DNA from: Opitutales bacterium
GTDB taxonomy: Bacteria > Verrucomicrobiota > Verrucomicrobiia > Opitutales > PNEW01
Direction: 5' to 3'
DNA length: 64,000 nucleotides
Assembly (NCBI GenBank): GCA_965197745.1
Contig: CBDANS010000007.1
Coordinates: 256,001-320,000 of the forward strand
Position numbers and translations under genes: made by a program. Shown here piece by piece: positions 50,966 to 62,426 of this stretch. The number at the start of each line of letters is the position of its first letter. Positions within the stretch are counted from its first letter, which is position 1. The notes beneath the pieces are model-generated. The model did not search any database. It was not told where the DNA came from and saw nothing but the letters and a program-made list of their open reading frames with translations.

Positions 50966-53900
50966 ATGAAAAAACAAGCTTCCCAGGGACTTTACGATCC
51001 GCGGCATGAGCATGACTCCTGTGGCGTTGGTTTTGTCGTAAATGTAAAGGGAGAGCGCTCGCATAAAATTGTAAACCAGGGGCTTGAAATTCTATTAAGT
51101 CTCGCACATCGCGGCGCTTGCGGTTGTGAGGCCAATACCGGTGACGGGGCGGGTATACTTATACAAACACCGCATAAATTTTTACATAAAGTCTGTGAAC
51201 CACTGGGCATACATTTGCCAACCCCAGGTCAATTCGGCGTGGGTATGGTTTTCCTCCCCCCTGAAATTCATTCACGGCGCGAATGCGAAGAAATATTTCA
51301 AGAAGTCGTTCAAGCTGAAGGTCAGCGTTTTCTCGGATGGCGGACGGTCCCAACCGCAAATGATTTGCTGGGTGAAACGGCCAAAGATGAAGAACCGGTA
51401 GTGAGGCAAGCGTTTATTGGACGCAATCCGGAAATTAAGGATGATATGGCTTTTGAGCGAAAGCTCTATGTCATCAGGCGTCGGACAACTTCCAGCGTTT
51501 GGTCGGCCCGACTACCCGAGGCCAGTTGCTTCTACATTCCCAGTCTTTCTTATAAAACCGTAATTTATAAAGGGATGCTCATGTCTGAGCAGGTTTCGCC
51601 CTTTTATCCAGATCTTTCGGACCCTGATGTAGAGAGCGCACTGTCCGTCGTTCATTCCCGTTTCAGCACTAATACCTTCCCCAGCTGGGATCGTTCTCAA
51701 CCATTCCGCTACCTCTGTCATAATGGTGAGATAAACACCCTTCGCGGCAACCAGAACTGGATGCACGCGCGTCAGGCGATGATCGCCTCTGAATTATTTG
51801 GCGAGGATATTGAAAAGATTAAACCTATCTTAAGGGAGGATGGCAGTGACTCCGCCATATTTGATAACTGCCTTGAATTTCTCGTCCTCTCAGGACGTTC
51901 CCTCGCTCATTCCATAATGATGATGATCCCCGAGCCATGGACCAAACATGAAAGTATGAGCGATGAGAAAAAAGCTTTTTATGAGTACCATTCCTGTCTC
52001 ATGGAGCCTTGGGATGGACCCGCCTCGATTGTATTTACTGATGGGATACAGGTTGGAGCAGTCCTCGATCGCAACGGGCTTCGTCCCTCACGCTATTATG
52101 TGACCAAAGATGATCTCGTTGTCATGGCTTCTGAAGTGGGGGTTCTCGACCTCGAACCGGAACGTATTGAACATAAAGGCCGACTACAGCCGGGCCGCAT
52201 GTTTTTTATTGATACCTCGGAGGGGCGCATTGTCTCCGATGAAGAAATTAAAAAGACGATTGTAAGCAAGCATCCCTACCGTAAATGGATGGACGACAAT
52301 TTTGTCAGTCTTGAAGATTTACCTCAGGGTAAATCAATACCGGAACCCGATCACCATACGGTGGTCAGGCGCCAGATGGCATTTGGCTATACCCAGGAAG
52401 ATTTAAAGCTTATCCTGGCTCCCAGCTCACTAGACGGCAATCAACCCTTGGGATCCATGGGCACTGATACCCCGCTGGCGACCCTTTCCGACAAGCCGCA
52501 ACTCCTCTATAATTACTTCAAGCAACTGTTTGCCCAGGTGACGAACCCCCCTATCGATGCGATTCGTGAGGAGATCATTACTTCGACGGAAACAACCCTG
52601 GGATCAGAGGGTAACCTGCTTAATCCTCAACCGCAAAGTTGCCGCCTGATTAAATTGAAAAGCCCTCTATTAAATAATGATGAATTGGAGAAGCTAAGGG
52701 AATTGGATATACGCGGTATTAAATCGGCCACGCTCCCCATCCTGTTTAATCCAGACAAAAGTGGGGTTGGATTGAAAGAGGCGATGAAAGACCTTTGCCA
52801 GAGGGCAAGCAAACTGGTTTGGGAAGGCGTTAATATACTTATCCTATCTGACCGTGGGATCAACCCGGAGGAAGCACCCATACCGGCCCTTCTCGCGGTC
52901 TCAGGCCTGCATCACCACCTTATCAATGAAGGTTCCCGGACACGTGTGGGGTTGGTTCTTGAAACAGGAGAACCGCGAGAGGTTCATCATTTTGCTCTTC
53001 TTATGGGTTACGGCGCGGGAGCTATTAATCCTTATCTCGCCTTTGAATCGCTCGATGATATGATCCTGCGGGGTCAATTAAGTGAGATTTCGCATGAGAA
53101 GGCAGTAGCTAATTATATAAAAGCATCCGTTAAAGGCATTGTTAAAACGATGTCCAAGATGGGTATTTCCACGATACAAAGTTACCGCGGAGCGCAGATA
53201 TTTGAAGCTGTCGGATTAAACAGCGCAGTCATTGATAAATATTTTAAGTGGACCTCTTCACGGGTTGAAGGTGTAGGCATGGAAGTATTGACTGAAGAAG
53301 TATTAATGCGTCAGCGACGTGCTTTCCCCCGTCGTGATACAGGAGATGAAGTGCTCGACCCCGGAGGTAATTACAGTTGGCGGCAAGATGGGGAATATCA
53401 CTTATTCAACCCTATGACGGTACATCGATTACAACGAGCCTGCCGCACCGATGACTATGGGGTATATACAGAGTATGCAGAATTGGTGAACGATCAGTCC
53501 CACAAGATGTGCACCCTGCGTGGCTTGCTTGACTTTAAATATCCATCAAAAGCAATTCCGATTGAGGAAGTGGAACCTGTAGAATCTATTGTTAGGCGTT
53601 TTAAGACCGGCGCCATGTCCTATGGTTCGATAAGCAAAGAAGCCCATGAATCGCTCGCCATTGCCATGAACCGCTTAGGGGGTAAGAGCAATACCGGAGA
53701 GGGAGGAGAAGATCCGGCTCGTTATGTGCTTGAATCTAATGGTGATTCAAAAAACAGCGCGATCAAGCAGGTTGCCTCTGGCCGTTTTGGAGTAACCAGT
53801 TATTACCTTTCCAATGCGAAGGAGCTACAGATTAAAATTGTCCAGGGCGCCAAGCCGGGTGAAGGCGGTGAATTACCCGGTTCAAAAGTTTACCCATGGA

Positions 53901-55555
53901 TTGCCAAGGTGAGGTATTCAACTCCCGGAGTGGGCCTTATCTCACCACCACCGCATCATGACATTTATTCCATTGAGGATCTTGGTGAATTGATTCACGA
54001 CTTGAAAAATGCCAATCGGGGCGCACGCATAAGCGTTAAGCTCGTCGCTGAAGTCGGGGTTGGAACCGTTGCCGCGGGAGTCGCTAAAGCACATGCTGAT
54101 GTGGTGCTAATCAGTGGTTACGACGGTGGGACGGGAGCTTCACCTTTGTCCAGTATCAAACATGCCGGTGCCCCATGGGAGTTGGGGTTGTCGGAAACCC
54201 ATCAGACGCTTGTCCTCAATAATTTGCGCAGTCGTATCGCGGTGGAAGTTGATGGTCAATTAAAGACAGGGCGCGATGTTGCCATAGGTTGCCTTCTTGG
54301 CGCGGAAGAGTTTGGCTTCGCCACCGCTCCCCTGGTCGTCATGGGCTGTATCATGATGCGGGCTTGTCACCTCAATACCTGCCCCGTTGGAGTGGCCACC
54401 CAGAATCCTGAACTGCGAAAACAATTTACGGGCAACCCCGATCATGTTGTCAATTTCATGCGCTTTATTGCCCAGGATTTGCGCGAGCATATGGCCAGGC
54501 TCGGTTTTCGAACCATTAATGAAATGGTAGGACGCGCAGACTTACTGGACATGCGGAGTGCCGTCGATCATTGGAAAGCCAAGGGACTGGATTTCTCTCA
54601 TATTCTCTATCAACCGGATGTTCCATCTACAGTCGGTCGATATTGCCAGATAGCCCAGGACCACGGACTCGAAAAGTCGGTTGATTTACGATTGCTATTG
54701 AATATCTGTAAGCCGGCTCTCGACCACGGTAAAATGGTAAACAGCACCTTGCCTATCAATAATACCGACCGTGTAGTCGGTACCATCCTTGGTAACGAAG
54801 TCACTAAACGTTACGGTTTCGAAGGGCTTCCCGAAGATACCATTTATCTTAATTTTAAAGGATCTGCCGGTCAAAGTTTTGGCGCTTTTATTCCGCGGGG
54901 AATTACCCTTAACCTTGAAGGCGACGCTAACGATTATACGGGTAAAGGTTTATCTGGAGGTAAAATGATAATTTATCCCCCTGCCCAATCTACTTTTTTA
55001 CCGGAGGAAAATATAATTGTCGGTAATGTCGCGTTTTACGGAGCAACCAGTGGTGAAGCCTATATTCGAGGAATGGCAGGTGAAAGATTTTGTGTCCGCA
55101 ACAGTGGTCTCCACGCTGTTATCGAGGCTGTTGGCGATCACGGATGTGAGTATATGACGGGTGGTTGTGTTGTCGTTCTTGGTCACACCGGCCGCAACTT
55201 TGCCGCGGGTATGTCGGGAGGCATAGCTTATATTTATGATGAAGATGGCGATTTCGCGTCACGGTGTAATAGGGAATTGGTAAGTCTGGAGCGCATTGAT
55301 GATGAAGAAGAAATAAGCAAGGTTCGCACGATGATTGAAAAACATGTCGCGTATACCTCGAGCGACAGGGGCAGGGACTTTCTTTCGCACTGGGAAGAGA
55401 GGGTATCAAAGTTTGTCAAAGTAATGCCGAATGATTTCAAACGCGCGATCGAAACGATGGAACGGGTAACCGCGAGTGGAATGAGCGGTGACGAAGCGGT
55501 GATGGCTGCTTTTGAGGAAAATGCGCGCGATATGGCACGGGTTGGCGGTAATTAA
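50966..55555 (+). CDS. gltB: Glutamate synthase large subunit
   Basis: HDSCGVGF (Ntn Cys), [24 protein letters not shown] and [15 protein letters not shown]; 1529 aa. Confidence 0.98.
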   Translation: MKKQASQGLYDPRHEHDSCGVGFVVNVKGERSHKIVNQGLEILLSLAHRGACGCEANTGDGAGILIQTPHKFLHKVCEPLGIHLPTPGQFGVGMVFLPPEIHSRRECEEIFQEVVQAEGQRFLGWRTVPTANDLLGETAKDEEPVVRQAFIGRNPEIKDDMAFERKLYVIRRRTTSSVWSARLPEASCFYIPSLSYKTVIYKGMLMSEQVSPFYPDLSDPDVESALSVVHSRFSTNTFPSWDRSQPFRYLCHNGEINTLRGNQNWMHARQAMIASELFGEDIEKIKPILREDGSDSAIFDNCLEFLVLSGRSLAHSIMMMIPEPWTKHESMSDEKKAFYEYHSCLMEPWDGPASIVFTDGIQVGAVLDRNGLRPSRYYVTKDDLVVMASEVGVLDLEPERIEHKGRLQPGRMFFIDTSEGRIVSDEEIKKTIVSKHPYRKWMDDNFVSLEDLPQGKSIPEPDHHTVVRRQMAFGYTQEDLKLILAPSSLDGNQPLGSMGTDTPLATLSDKPQLLYNYFKQLFAQVTNPPIDAIREEIITSTETTLGSEGNLLNPQPQSCRLIKLKSPLLNNDELEKLRELDIRGIKSATLPILFNPDKSGVGLKEAMKDLCQRASKLVWEGVNILILSDRGINPEEAPIPALLAVSGLHHHLINEGSRTRVGLVLETGEPREVHHFALLMGYGAGAINPYLAFESLDDMILRGQLSEISHEKAVANYIKASVKGIVKTMSKMGISTIQSYRGAQIFEAVGLNSAVIDKYFKWTSSRVEGVGMEVLTEEVLMRQRRAFPRRDTGDEVLDPGGNYSWRQDGEYHLFNPMTVHRLQRACRTDDYGVYTEYAELVNDQSHKMCTLRGLLDFKYPSKAIPIEEVEPVESIVRRFKTGAMSYGSISKEAHESLAIAMNRLGGKSNTGEGGEDPARYVLESNGDSKNSAIKQVASGRFGVTSYYLSNAKELQIKIVQGAKPGEGGELPGSKVYPWIAKVRYSTPGVGLISPPPHHDIYSIEDLGELIHDLKNANRGARISVKLVAEVGVGTVAAGVAKAHADVVLISGYDGGTGASPLSSIKHAGAPWELGLSETHQTLVLNNLRSRIAVEVDGQLKTGRDVAIGCLLGAEEFGFATAPLVVMGCIMMRACHLNTCPVGVATQNPELRKQFTGNPDHVVNFMRFIAQDLREHMARLGFRTINEMVGRADLLDMRSAVDHWKAKGLDFSHILYQPDVPSTVGRYCQIAQDHGLEKSVDLRLLLNICKPALDHGKMVNSTLPINNTDRVVGTILGNEVTKRYGFEGLPEDTIYLNFKGSAGQSFGAFIPRGITLNLEGDANDYTGKGLSGGKMIIYPPAQSTFLPEENIIVGNVAFYGATSGEAYIRGMAGERFCVRNSGLHAVIEAVGDHGCEYMTGGCVVVLGHTGRNFAAGMSGGIAYIYDEDGDFASRCNRELVSLERIDDEEEISKVRTMIEKHVAYTSSDRGRDFLSHWEERVSKFVKVMPNDFKRAIETMERVTASGMSGDEAVMAAFEENARDMARVGGN

Positions 55556-55574
55556 TTTTATAATTTGAACAGAT

Positions 55575-57053
55575 ATGGGTAAACCAACCGGATTCCTGGA
55601 ATTTCTTAGAGAAACTCCCGACTATCGACCACCGCGGGAACGCGTCGGTGACTGGAATGAGTTCCATCTCCCTATGCCCGAGGAAAAGCTCAAAGAGCAG
55701 GGCGCTCGCTGCATGGATTGCGGTATCCCATTCTGCCATACCGGCATGACATTATCGGGCATGGCAAGCGGCTGCCCCATAAACAATCTGATACCTGAAT
55801 GGAATGATCTTGTTTACAATGGTCAATGGCGTGAGGCTCTCGATCGACTGCATAAGACAAATAATTTCCCTGAATTTACGGGCAGAGTGTGTCCTGCCCC
55901 TTGTGAAGGGTCATGTGTTCTTGGTATCATTGACCCCCCGGTTACGATTAAAAGTATCGAACAGGCCATCATTGACCGCGGTTTTGATGAAGGGTGGGTG
56001 TTACCACGTCCTCCAACCGTGCGCACCGGCAAAAAGGTGGTTATTGTAGGATCCGGTCCCTCCGGCCTTGCCTGTGCAGACCAGCTCAATCGAGCGGGTC
56101 ATAAAGTAACCGTTTATGAGCGTGAGGATCGGATCGGTGGACTTCTCATGTATGGCATTCCCAATATGAAGTTAGATAAACGAAAAGTGGTGCAACGTCG
56201 GGTGGACCTGCTTGCTGCTGAGGAGATTCAGTTCATAACTAATACCGAGGTGGGTAAGGATATTTCCGCGCAAATGCTATTGGATGAGTCGGATGCGGTT
56301 GTCCTCTGCGGCGGAGCAACTCAGCCCCGTGACCTGCCTGTCGAGGGACGCGATTTAAAAGGCGTTCATTTTGCCATGGAATTTCTAACTGCTAATACCA
56401 GAGCGCTCCTTAATGGAGAGAAAACGCCAATCACGGCAATGAATAAAGATGTGGTCGTCATCGGTGGTGGTGACACGGGCACTGACTGTGTGGGAACTTC
56501 ACTCCGTCATCGATGCAGGAGTCTCGTCCAATTAGAGATTCTCCCTAAACCCCCGCTCGAACGGGCCCCGAACAACCCCTGGCCAGAGTGGCCCAAAGTC
56601 TATCAACTTGATTATGGTCAATCAGAAGCGGCGGCCCTTCAGGGTGAAGATCCCCGTCAATATTGCATCATGACAAAAAAGATGGTGGGTGACGCCGAGG
56701 GAAATGTGCAGGAATTACATATTGTTCAAATTGAATGGGACAAAGATGAAAACGGTCGCTTCGTCCCCAAAGAGGTCTCCGGCACGGAAATAAATATACC
56801 AGCGCAACTGGTGCTCCTGGCCATGGGATTTCTCGGACCTGAAGATACAGTTCTCTCTGATTTAAAGGTGGAGCGCGATGAGCAATCAAACGCCAGGGCT
56901 GAATACGGTAAATTTGCGACGAGTATAGAAGGTGTATTTGCCGCGGGTGATATGCGACGCGGTCAAAGTCTTGTCGTATGGGCGATCAATGAAGGGCGCG
57001 GCGCGGCGCGTGAATGCGATCGCTATCTGATGGGGTCGACGGACCTGCCGTAG
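55575..57053 (+). CDS. gltD: Glutamate synthase small subunit
   Basis: [34 protein letters not shown] and [13 protein letters not shown]. Confidence 0.97.
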   Translation: MGKPTGFLEFLRETPDYRPPRERVGDWNEFHLPMPEEKLKEQGARCMDCGIPFCHTGMTLSGMASGCPINNLIPEWNDLVYNGQWREALDRLHKTNNFPEFTGRVCPAPCEGSCVLGIIDPPVTIKSIEQAIIDRGFDEGWVLPRPPTVRTGKKVVIVGSGPSGLACADQLNRAGHKVTVYEREDRIGGLLMYGIPNMKLDKRKVVQRRVDLLAAEEIQFITNTEVGKDISAQMLLDESDAVVLCGGATQPRDLPVEGRDLKGVHFAMEFLTANTRALLNGEKTPITAMNKDVVVIGGGDTGTDCVGTSLRHRCRSLVQLEILPKPPLERAPNNPWPEWPKVYQLDYGQSEAAALQGEDPRQYCIMTKKMVGDAEGNVQELHIVQIEWDKDENGRFVPKEVSGTEINIPAQLVLLAMGFLGPEDTVLSDLKVERDEQSNARAEYGKFATSIEGVFAAGDMRRGQSLVVWAINEGRGAARECDRYLMGSTDLP

Positions 57054-57078
57054 GATATGCGTTTACGCGTATAAGCGC

Positions 57079-57288
57079 AGATGCGTGAAAGAGATAATGC
57101 GTACCGAGGGTGAAGCCCGACATCCTCATATGCGTTAATGTGTATATGTGGTAATGCGGAAGTTGGAAGGACGCGCGTTGTCGTGTCCGTCTGATTAATT
57201 CCGAAAACACGGCCACGTCGACGCGTGGCCCTCCAGAATTTAATGAGAATATCAATCCTCATCCACGCATTATCGCTTTCACGCATCT
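57079..57288. repeat. Nested inverted-repeat element (outer 24-bp IR, inner REP-like doublet) between convergent genes
   Basis: Outer IR at 57079-57102 / 57265-57288 (23/24 identical); inner imperfect IR at 57164-57190 / 57209-57235, each arm itself palindromic. Confidence 0.75.
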
Positions 57289-58063
57289 ACATTTTTTTCA
57301 GCGCGGTAGACAACTGTTGCACGCTGTCGGTAATAATTTGTAAGGGTATACCCGCCTCAATCCAGCGCGCTCCTCGTACCACCCATTCCTTGATTAGATC
57401 AATATCCGCGGCGATTGAAGTTCCCACGGGTATTCCCGCCTTCCCCGCTTTCTCAAATATGGTGCCCACTGCTTTAAGCGCTTCGGGATGGCGAGGCTGG
57501 CCGGGAAATCCTATCGATCCCGCGAGGTCATTGGGGCCAATAACGATCGTCGTTATTCCCGGAACCTGCAATATTGCTTCAAGATCGTTGACCGCATCAA
57601 TGTGTTCAATCTGCAAAATAATGACCACCGTTTTGTTCGCCTCATGGCAAAAATCAGCCCCTTGCGTTTGCGCATAAAGGGCTGCGCGGCCTGGGCCGAT
57701 TCCCCTTATTCCCTCGGGTGGATAAAGGCAGGAACGCACCGCTAGCTTTGCTTCTTCTACGGTCCGAATCTGTGGGAATATAATGCCATCAGCCCCCGCA
57801 TCCAGTACCGGTTTGACTTTAACCGGGTCCGTCCACGCTACCCTGACTATTGCAGCGACATCAGAATTTCGTGTGGCCATAATAAAACTGTCCACAGTCT
57901 CAATGGTGATCGCAGGGTGTTCCATGTCGATCCATAGGAAATCAATGTCCGTCCCGTGTGCGAGACACTCAGTAAGAAGGGCATCACCTCCTGGATTAGA
58001 ACCCGTGCCGAAACAAACCGCGTCACCCTTTAATTTTTCTCTGAAGGTATTTGCGTTTTGCAT
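57287..58063 (-). CDS. HpcH/HpaI family aldolase
   Basis: WIDMEH, VRV, LDAGADG, YPPEGIRG, QIEH and IGPNDL; start taken at ATG 58063. Confidence 0.9.
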   Translation of the reverse strand: MQNANTFREKLKGDAVCFGTGSNPGGDALLTECLAHGTDIDFLWIDMEHPAITIETVDSFIMATRNSDVAAIVRVAWTDPVKVKPVLDAGADGIIFPQIRTVEEAKLAVRSCLYPPEGIRGIGPGRAALYAQTQGADFCHEANKTVVIILQIEHIDAVNDLEAILQVPGITTIVIGPNDLAGSIGFPGQPRHPEALKAVGTIFEKAGKAGIPVGTSIAADIDLIKEWVVRGARWIEAGIPLQIITDSVQQLSTALKKM

Positions 58064-58106
58064 GCGGCTGTTTTTACAGAATAAACAATTAGTTTCGGTG
58101 ATGAAA

Positions 58107-58877
58107 TTATTTACGCATCTCAGCACACATCTGTTTAATCCCATTTAAGAAAAAAGGAACGACCCCTCCCGTAGAAATCCAGCGACACCCTCTTGCCGCC
58201 CAGTCTTTGACATGCTCGAGGTCAAAGGCGATGGAAACACCTACCGGCATACCCACCTTATTGGCGGCTTCAATTATCCTGTCCGCGGTCTTCAGCACTT
58301 CGGGATGGCGTGGTTGTGCGGTATAGCCCATGGATGCTGATAAATCATTAGGTCCAATAACGATTGTCGTGATGCCCGGGACTTCGAGAATGGATTCGAT
58401 ATCATTTACGGCATCGATATGTTCGATTTGAACGACGACGATCACCGATTCGTTTGCTTCTTTACAATAATCGGCTCCTGACGAATCAGTATACAAAGCG
58501 GCGCGATTAGGGCCATAACCCCGTATCCCTGCCGGAGGATAGAGACAGGCACTTACGGCCATGCGCGCTTCTTCAACGCTGCGTATCAGTGGCGTAACAA
58601 TGCCGTCTGCGCCAGCGTCAAGCACCGGTTTTATAAGGACATGATCATTCCACGGCACTCTAACAATAGTTGGCAGTTTCGAGTTCCTGGTGGCCATAAT
58701 GTGATGGTCGACTGTCTCGATTGAAATGGACGAGTGTTCCATATCTACCCATAAAAAGTCTAAAATATTACTTCTCGCTAATATCTCTGTAAGGGCCGGT
58801 TCCGTTTTGGCAATATGCGTGCCGTAGCAGACTGCATCTCCTTTTAACTTTTCTCTAAATAATTTAGCATTTTGCAT
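58107..58877 (-). CDS. HpcH/HpaI family aldolase (tandem paralog)
   Basis: WVDMEH, YPPAGIRG, QIEHIDAVND and IGPNDL. Confidence 0.9.
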   Translation of the reverse strand: MQNAKLFREKLKGDAVCYGTHIAKTEPALTEILARSNILDFLWVDMEHSSISIETVDHHIMATRNSKLPTIVRVPWNDHVLIKPVLDAGADGIVTPLIRSVEEARMAVSACLYPPAGIRGYGPNRAALYTDSSGADYCKEANESVIVVVQIEHIDAVNDIESILEVPGITTIVIGPNDLSASMGYTAQPRHPEVLKTADRIIEAANKVGMPVGVSIAFDLEHVKDWAARGCRWISTGGVVPFFLNGIKQMCAEMRK

Positions 58878-59305
58878 ACAGCAAGATCCGTGTGAGGATT
58901 GAATTTAATTAAAGATGAACGCTTTCTTGATGGGTTAATCTGCTATCAAATGTCAATCCATTTCCCTCTCGGGCATTCACATAAGCAGGTATTGATATAA
59001 ATGGGATCTTTCATCACAATAACCGGTCTATCCTCATTAAAATCCTGATTCAGATTAATTCGGGAATGAATCAGGTTGACAGGCCTTATTATGTTATTGG
59101 GATAATCTATCTCCCTGCCATCTCCCATTTTCATGAACAGATAATAATGAGTATTTTCAAATACTACCGAGAGAACTAAAATCGTGCGCCTGACACCGTA
59201 ATAATTAATAGTGCTAAAAAGAAAATTAGAGAATCTTCATTCAAAAGACATAAGATACTTACCCAAATGTTTGTAATTATCTCAGCATCCAGTAATATTT
59301 TTAAA

Positions 59306-59533
59306 ATGAGAACACGGAATATAGGGACTTTCATTCTACTTGCATGGATATTAATTATTGCTTCCAGTTGCACGCACGTTGAAGTGACTGAGCAGAGACT
59401 GGTCTCCAAGCCTAATATGCTTTTTTCCGATTCACCGGTTTTTAATTACCAGTCGCGATTTATTTCTCAAATTGAGCCTGGATCTGCGTCCGATGGTGGA
59501 AATCAAGGTACCGGTTGTAGCACATGCCAGTAA
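59306..59533 (+). CDS. Small DUF4266-like lipoprotein with C-terminal CxxC
   Basis: Signal peptide with lipobox-like ASSC, EQRLVSKPNMLF and Gly-rich end GGNQGTGCSTCQ. Confidence 0.65.
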   Translation: MRTRNIGTFILLAWILIIASSCTHVEVTEQRLVSKPNMLFSDSPVFNYQSRFISQIEPGSASDGGNQGTGCSTCQ

Positions 59534-59543
59534 AATTCAAATA

Positions 59544-61337
59544 ATGAAGGCTCAAGTGCTTAGGTCGGTATTCGGCTTTTGCCTGGGGGTAGGGTGGTCG
59601 GTTTTAACGCTTAATGCAAATCCAGATGACTCCGTTTATCACTTTAAACTGAAAAGTTGGCAGAGTGAAGCATTCGTAAATCTCGATGACTATCGAGGGA
59701 ATATTGTTGTCCTCGATTTTTTCGCTTACTGGTGTGTGCCCTGCCTCACAGCCACCACCGGTTTGGAGAATAATATACAAAATTACTATGCGGAATTGGA
59801 TGGCAATCCTCATCGTATCCCTGTTCGTGTTTTATCAATAAATATCGAGGCATCTTATCCGAAGAAAACAGAGCAATTTATAAATAAAACCGGAGCCAGC
59901 TTTGTTCTCAATGATACCGATGGAGCGGTTTACAAAAAATTTGATGGCCGAGGACTTCCTTTCATTGTCGTTCTAGACGGAACTGCGGTTTCATCACGAG
60001 GTGATGGATGGAATATTGTATATCACCATGCAGGTTATGAAGGGGCAGCTACAATACGTGCGATTATCGATGCTATTGTTGGGGCCCCGAGCCCAGACAT
60101 GTCCGCTTCTGAAAAGACAAGGAGTGAAATTCCCGTTCAGTCAATGACAACAGATACGGCGGTTGAAACCAATAAGGCTAAGGGATTAGAAAAATCAGTG
60201 GAGAGTAATCATTCTGTCGATAACATAGAGTCACATCGAGGGGGAGTGACAATACTCGTGAGCCGGGAGCAATCAAAAAACGATCGTCAAGATCGCGGAA
60301 AAATAAGAAGCCACTTTATTGAACCTTCCATCGAAGCACTCTGGTCATCGGATATCATCCTCGTGGAAAACTACATAAATTATCGGGTAACCGGGGCTTA
60401 TGCGGATTTTGGTCTGGGCGTGTCTTACAGTATTTTAGACATTGATTATCTACCGTTCGCTCCTGCTGATAATGTCGGCTTTCCAAATCATCTCTCTGAA
60501 GGTCGATCATCTTTTCTTTTAAATTTCAGTAGAGACTTGAGCCCCAGTTTAACCTTTTCAGCAACTGGGGGTGGCTATAATGGTTTTACCGATTATCGTT
60601 CTCTCTGGTTAGATGAATATTATCGGCAGCAGTTTTCTGGCATTGAAGGGTACACTACGGCTGATCCGCGTGGATTTAATTTTATCTTGGGATTGCGCTG
60701 GGAGTATATTCCAGGGAATGGCTTTATCGAGGTTACCGGTTCTTACTCTGAAGATGAAATTTCACCGGGCTACGAAAGGGTACTATTTGAACCTCTTGTC
60801 CGCGGCATCGATTTTCTCAAAAGCTCATCGTTAGGAGTTAATTTAGAAAATGTCTTAACCTCCCGACTGCGGTCACTTCAGCAATTTCAATTTATTGATA
60901 CCACAGCCCGCGAACTAAGATTTTCATATCAAGGTTCGCTCAATTGGGCCGTAAAAGAGAGTTGGGTTTTCCGCGCCGTGGGTGGAGCAACGGTGGAAGA
61001 TGATGCTGACCGAGGGACCTTTAATTCTTTCTCTGCCGGTTTTAATCTGGAACATGACTGGAACCAGACATGGTTCCTGTCTATAAGCGCTCGCTACTAT
61101 CAGGATAATGGACAGATTGAAGAATCCCTTCTCGTCGATAGCGGCGTGCTACCGCTTCAAACTTTTGAAAGTGGTATTACGCTGCGGTGGCAGGGTGAAA
61201 ATACTTCATTTAAAATAGTGGCCCAACCCTACTTTACGCGGTTTGATAGGGTCGAACAGGACGTTGCTCCTTTCGCCAATCTCTATACCGATAGAGACTG
61301 GGCTTTGTTTGGTTTTACATATTCTTACAGTTTTTAG
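59544..61337 (+). CDS. TlpA-like thioredoxin fused to a predicted outer-membrane beta-barrel (DUF3570-like)
   Basis: Signal peptide, VVLDFFAYWCVPC, a linker, then amphipathic strands ending in TYSYSF (BAM-type terminal Phe). Confidence 0.7.
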   Translation: MKAQVLRSVFGFCLGVGWSVLTLNANPDDSVYHFKLKSWQSEAFVNLDDYRGNIVVLDFFAYWCVPCLTATTGLENNIQNYYAELDGNPHRIPVRVLSINIEASYPKKTEQFINKTGASFVLNDTDGAVYKKFDGRGLPFIVVLDGTAVSSRGDGWNIVYHHAGYEGAATIRAIIDAIVGAPSPDMSASEKTRSEIPVQSMTTDTAVETNKAKGLEKSVESNHSVDNIESHRGGVTILVSREQSKNDRQDRGKIRSHFIEPSIEALWSSDIILVENYINYRVTGAYADFGLGVSYSILDIDYLPFAPADNVGFPNHLSEGRSSFLLNFSRDLSPSLTFSATGGGYNGFTDYRSLWLDEYYRQQFSGIEGYTTADPRGFNFILGLRWEYIPGNGFIEVTGSYSEDEISPGYERVLFEPLVRGIDFLKSSSLGVNLENVLTSRLRSLQQFQFIDTTARELRFSYQGSLNWAVKESWVFRAVGGATVEDDADRGTFNSFSAGFNLEHDWNQTWFLSISARYYQDNGQIEESLLVDSGVLPLQTFESGITLRWQGENTSFKIVAQPYFTRFDRVEQDVAPFANLYTDRDWALFGFTYSYSF

Positions 61338-61525
61338 TATTCGCATTATCCTTAAATAACTTTAACAGAATCTATGCCTCCCATTAAAATGTTTGAGGAT
61401 TATTAGAAAAGGAGTTACCGGGAATAAACTTGTTGACTCAACCGTCTAGCCTACAATGAGTTTTGGTTATTATTTCTCATTTAAAATGATCGTATTATTT
61501 GAGTATTTATAGTATTTATCTTACA

Positions 61526-62416
61526 ATGATTCAGCGAATTAAGATCACTTTTTCAGCAGCTTTTCTGGGCGCTCTTTCATTTCTTCATCCGGGTTATGGT
61601 CAGCCGTTTCCCCAAGGATCGATTTCCCCTGATTTTACCCTGCCTAATCGTAGTACGGGTGAACCGTTCAGTCTCTACGATCTCGAAGGACAAGTTATCA
61701 TTTTGGATTTCTTTGCTTTCTGGTGCCCCCCTTGCGCCTTCGCCTCACCTGATCTGGAGGTAAATGTTCAGCAACATTTCGAGGCCCTCGGTGGCAATCA
61801 GGATGGCATTCCGGTGCAGGTCGTTTCCATAAATATAGAACCCGAAGACGCAGAAAAAACCGATGAATTTATCGCTGAAGTCGAAACAGAATTGGTCATT
61901 GATGACTTTGATGCAGTGGCTTGGAATACATACAATATAACAAATGGTACTCCTCTGTTTGTGGTCATCAATGGAGTTGCCAACTCGCCCAGTCATGCGC
62001 AATGGGAAGTGCTTCACAACCAGGCGGGATACTCCGGTTCTGATTTTCTGCGTGACCTCATTAATCAGGTCGAGGTTCCAACCGATGAAGGCAGTAATGG
62101 CGAATCGATAAATCTTTTTGCCAACCTCGAAGATATGGGTAATGGGTGGAAATATTCCGAATGGTTCGGGTTTGTTAACGATACCTATGATCCCTGGATA
62201 TTTCACCGTGATCACAATTGGATGCTGATTGACAGTGGGAGTACCCTCGAGGGACTATTGCTTTTTGATTTATCGTTAGGCTGGATATATACGACCAGCG
62301 AATTCTACCCCCACCTGTTCAGTTTCGAACGTGAGTCATGGTTGTATTATGAACAAACGACAAGTAATCCCCGGTTTTTCTTTGATACGAAACGTGAGGA
62401 ATGGATATCTTTTTAA
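61526..62416 (+). CDS. Secreted TlpA/ResA-like thioredoxin with C-terminal Trp-rich domain
   Basis: Signal peptide, PDFTL, IILDFFAFWCPPC and C-terminal SEWFG...PWIFH...LGWIYT. Confidence 0.8.
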   Translation: MIQRIKITFSAAFLGALSFLHPGYGQPFPQGSISPDFTLPNRSTGEPFSLYDLEGQVIILDFFAFWCPPCAFASPDLEVNVQQHFEALGGNQDGIPVQVVSINIEPEDAEKTDEFIAEVETELVIDDFDAVAWNTYNITNGTPLFVVINGVANSPSHAQWEVLHNQAGYSGSDFLRDLINQVEVPTDEGSNGESINLFANLEDMGNGWKYSEWFGFVNDTYDPWIFHRDHNWMLIDSGSTLEGLLLFDLSLGWIYTTSEFYPHLFSFERESWLYYEQTTSNPRFFFDTKREEWISF

Positions 62417-62426
62417 TTTTTGCGCC

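Noticed and set aside
58946..59134. 62-aa ORF upstream of the aldolases
   Set aside because: It is short, lies in AT-rich intergenic DNA and has no recognisable motif, so it cannot be supported as a gene.
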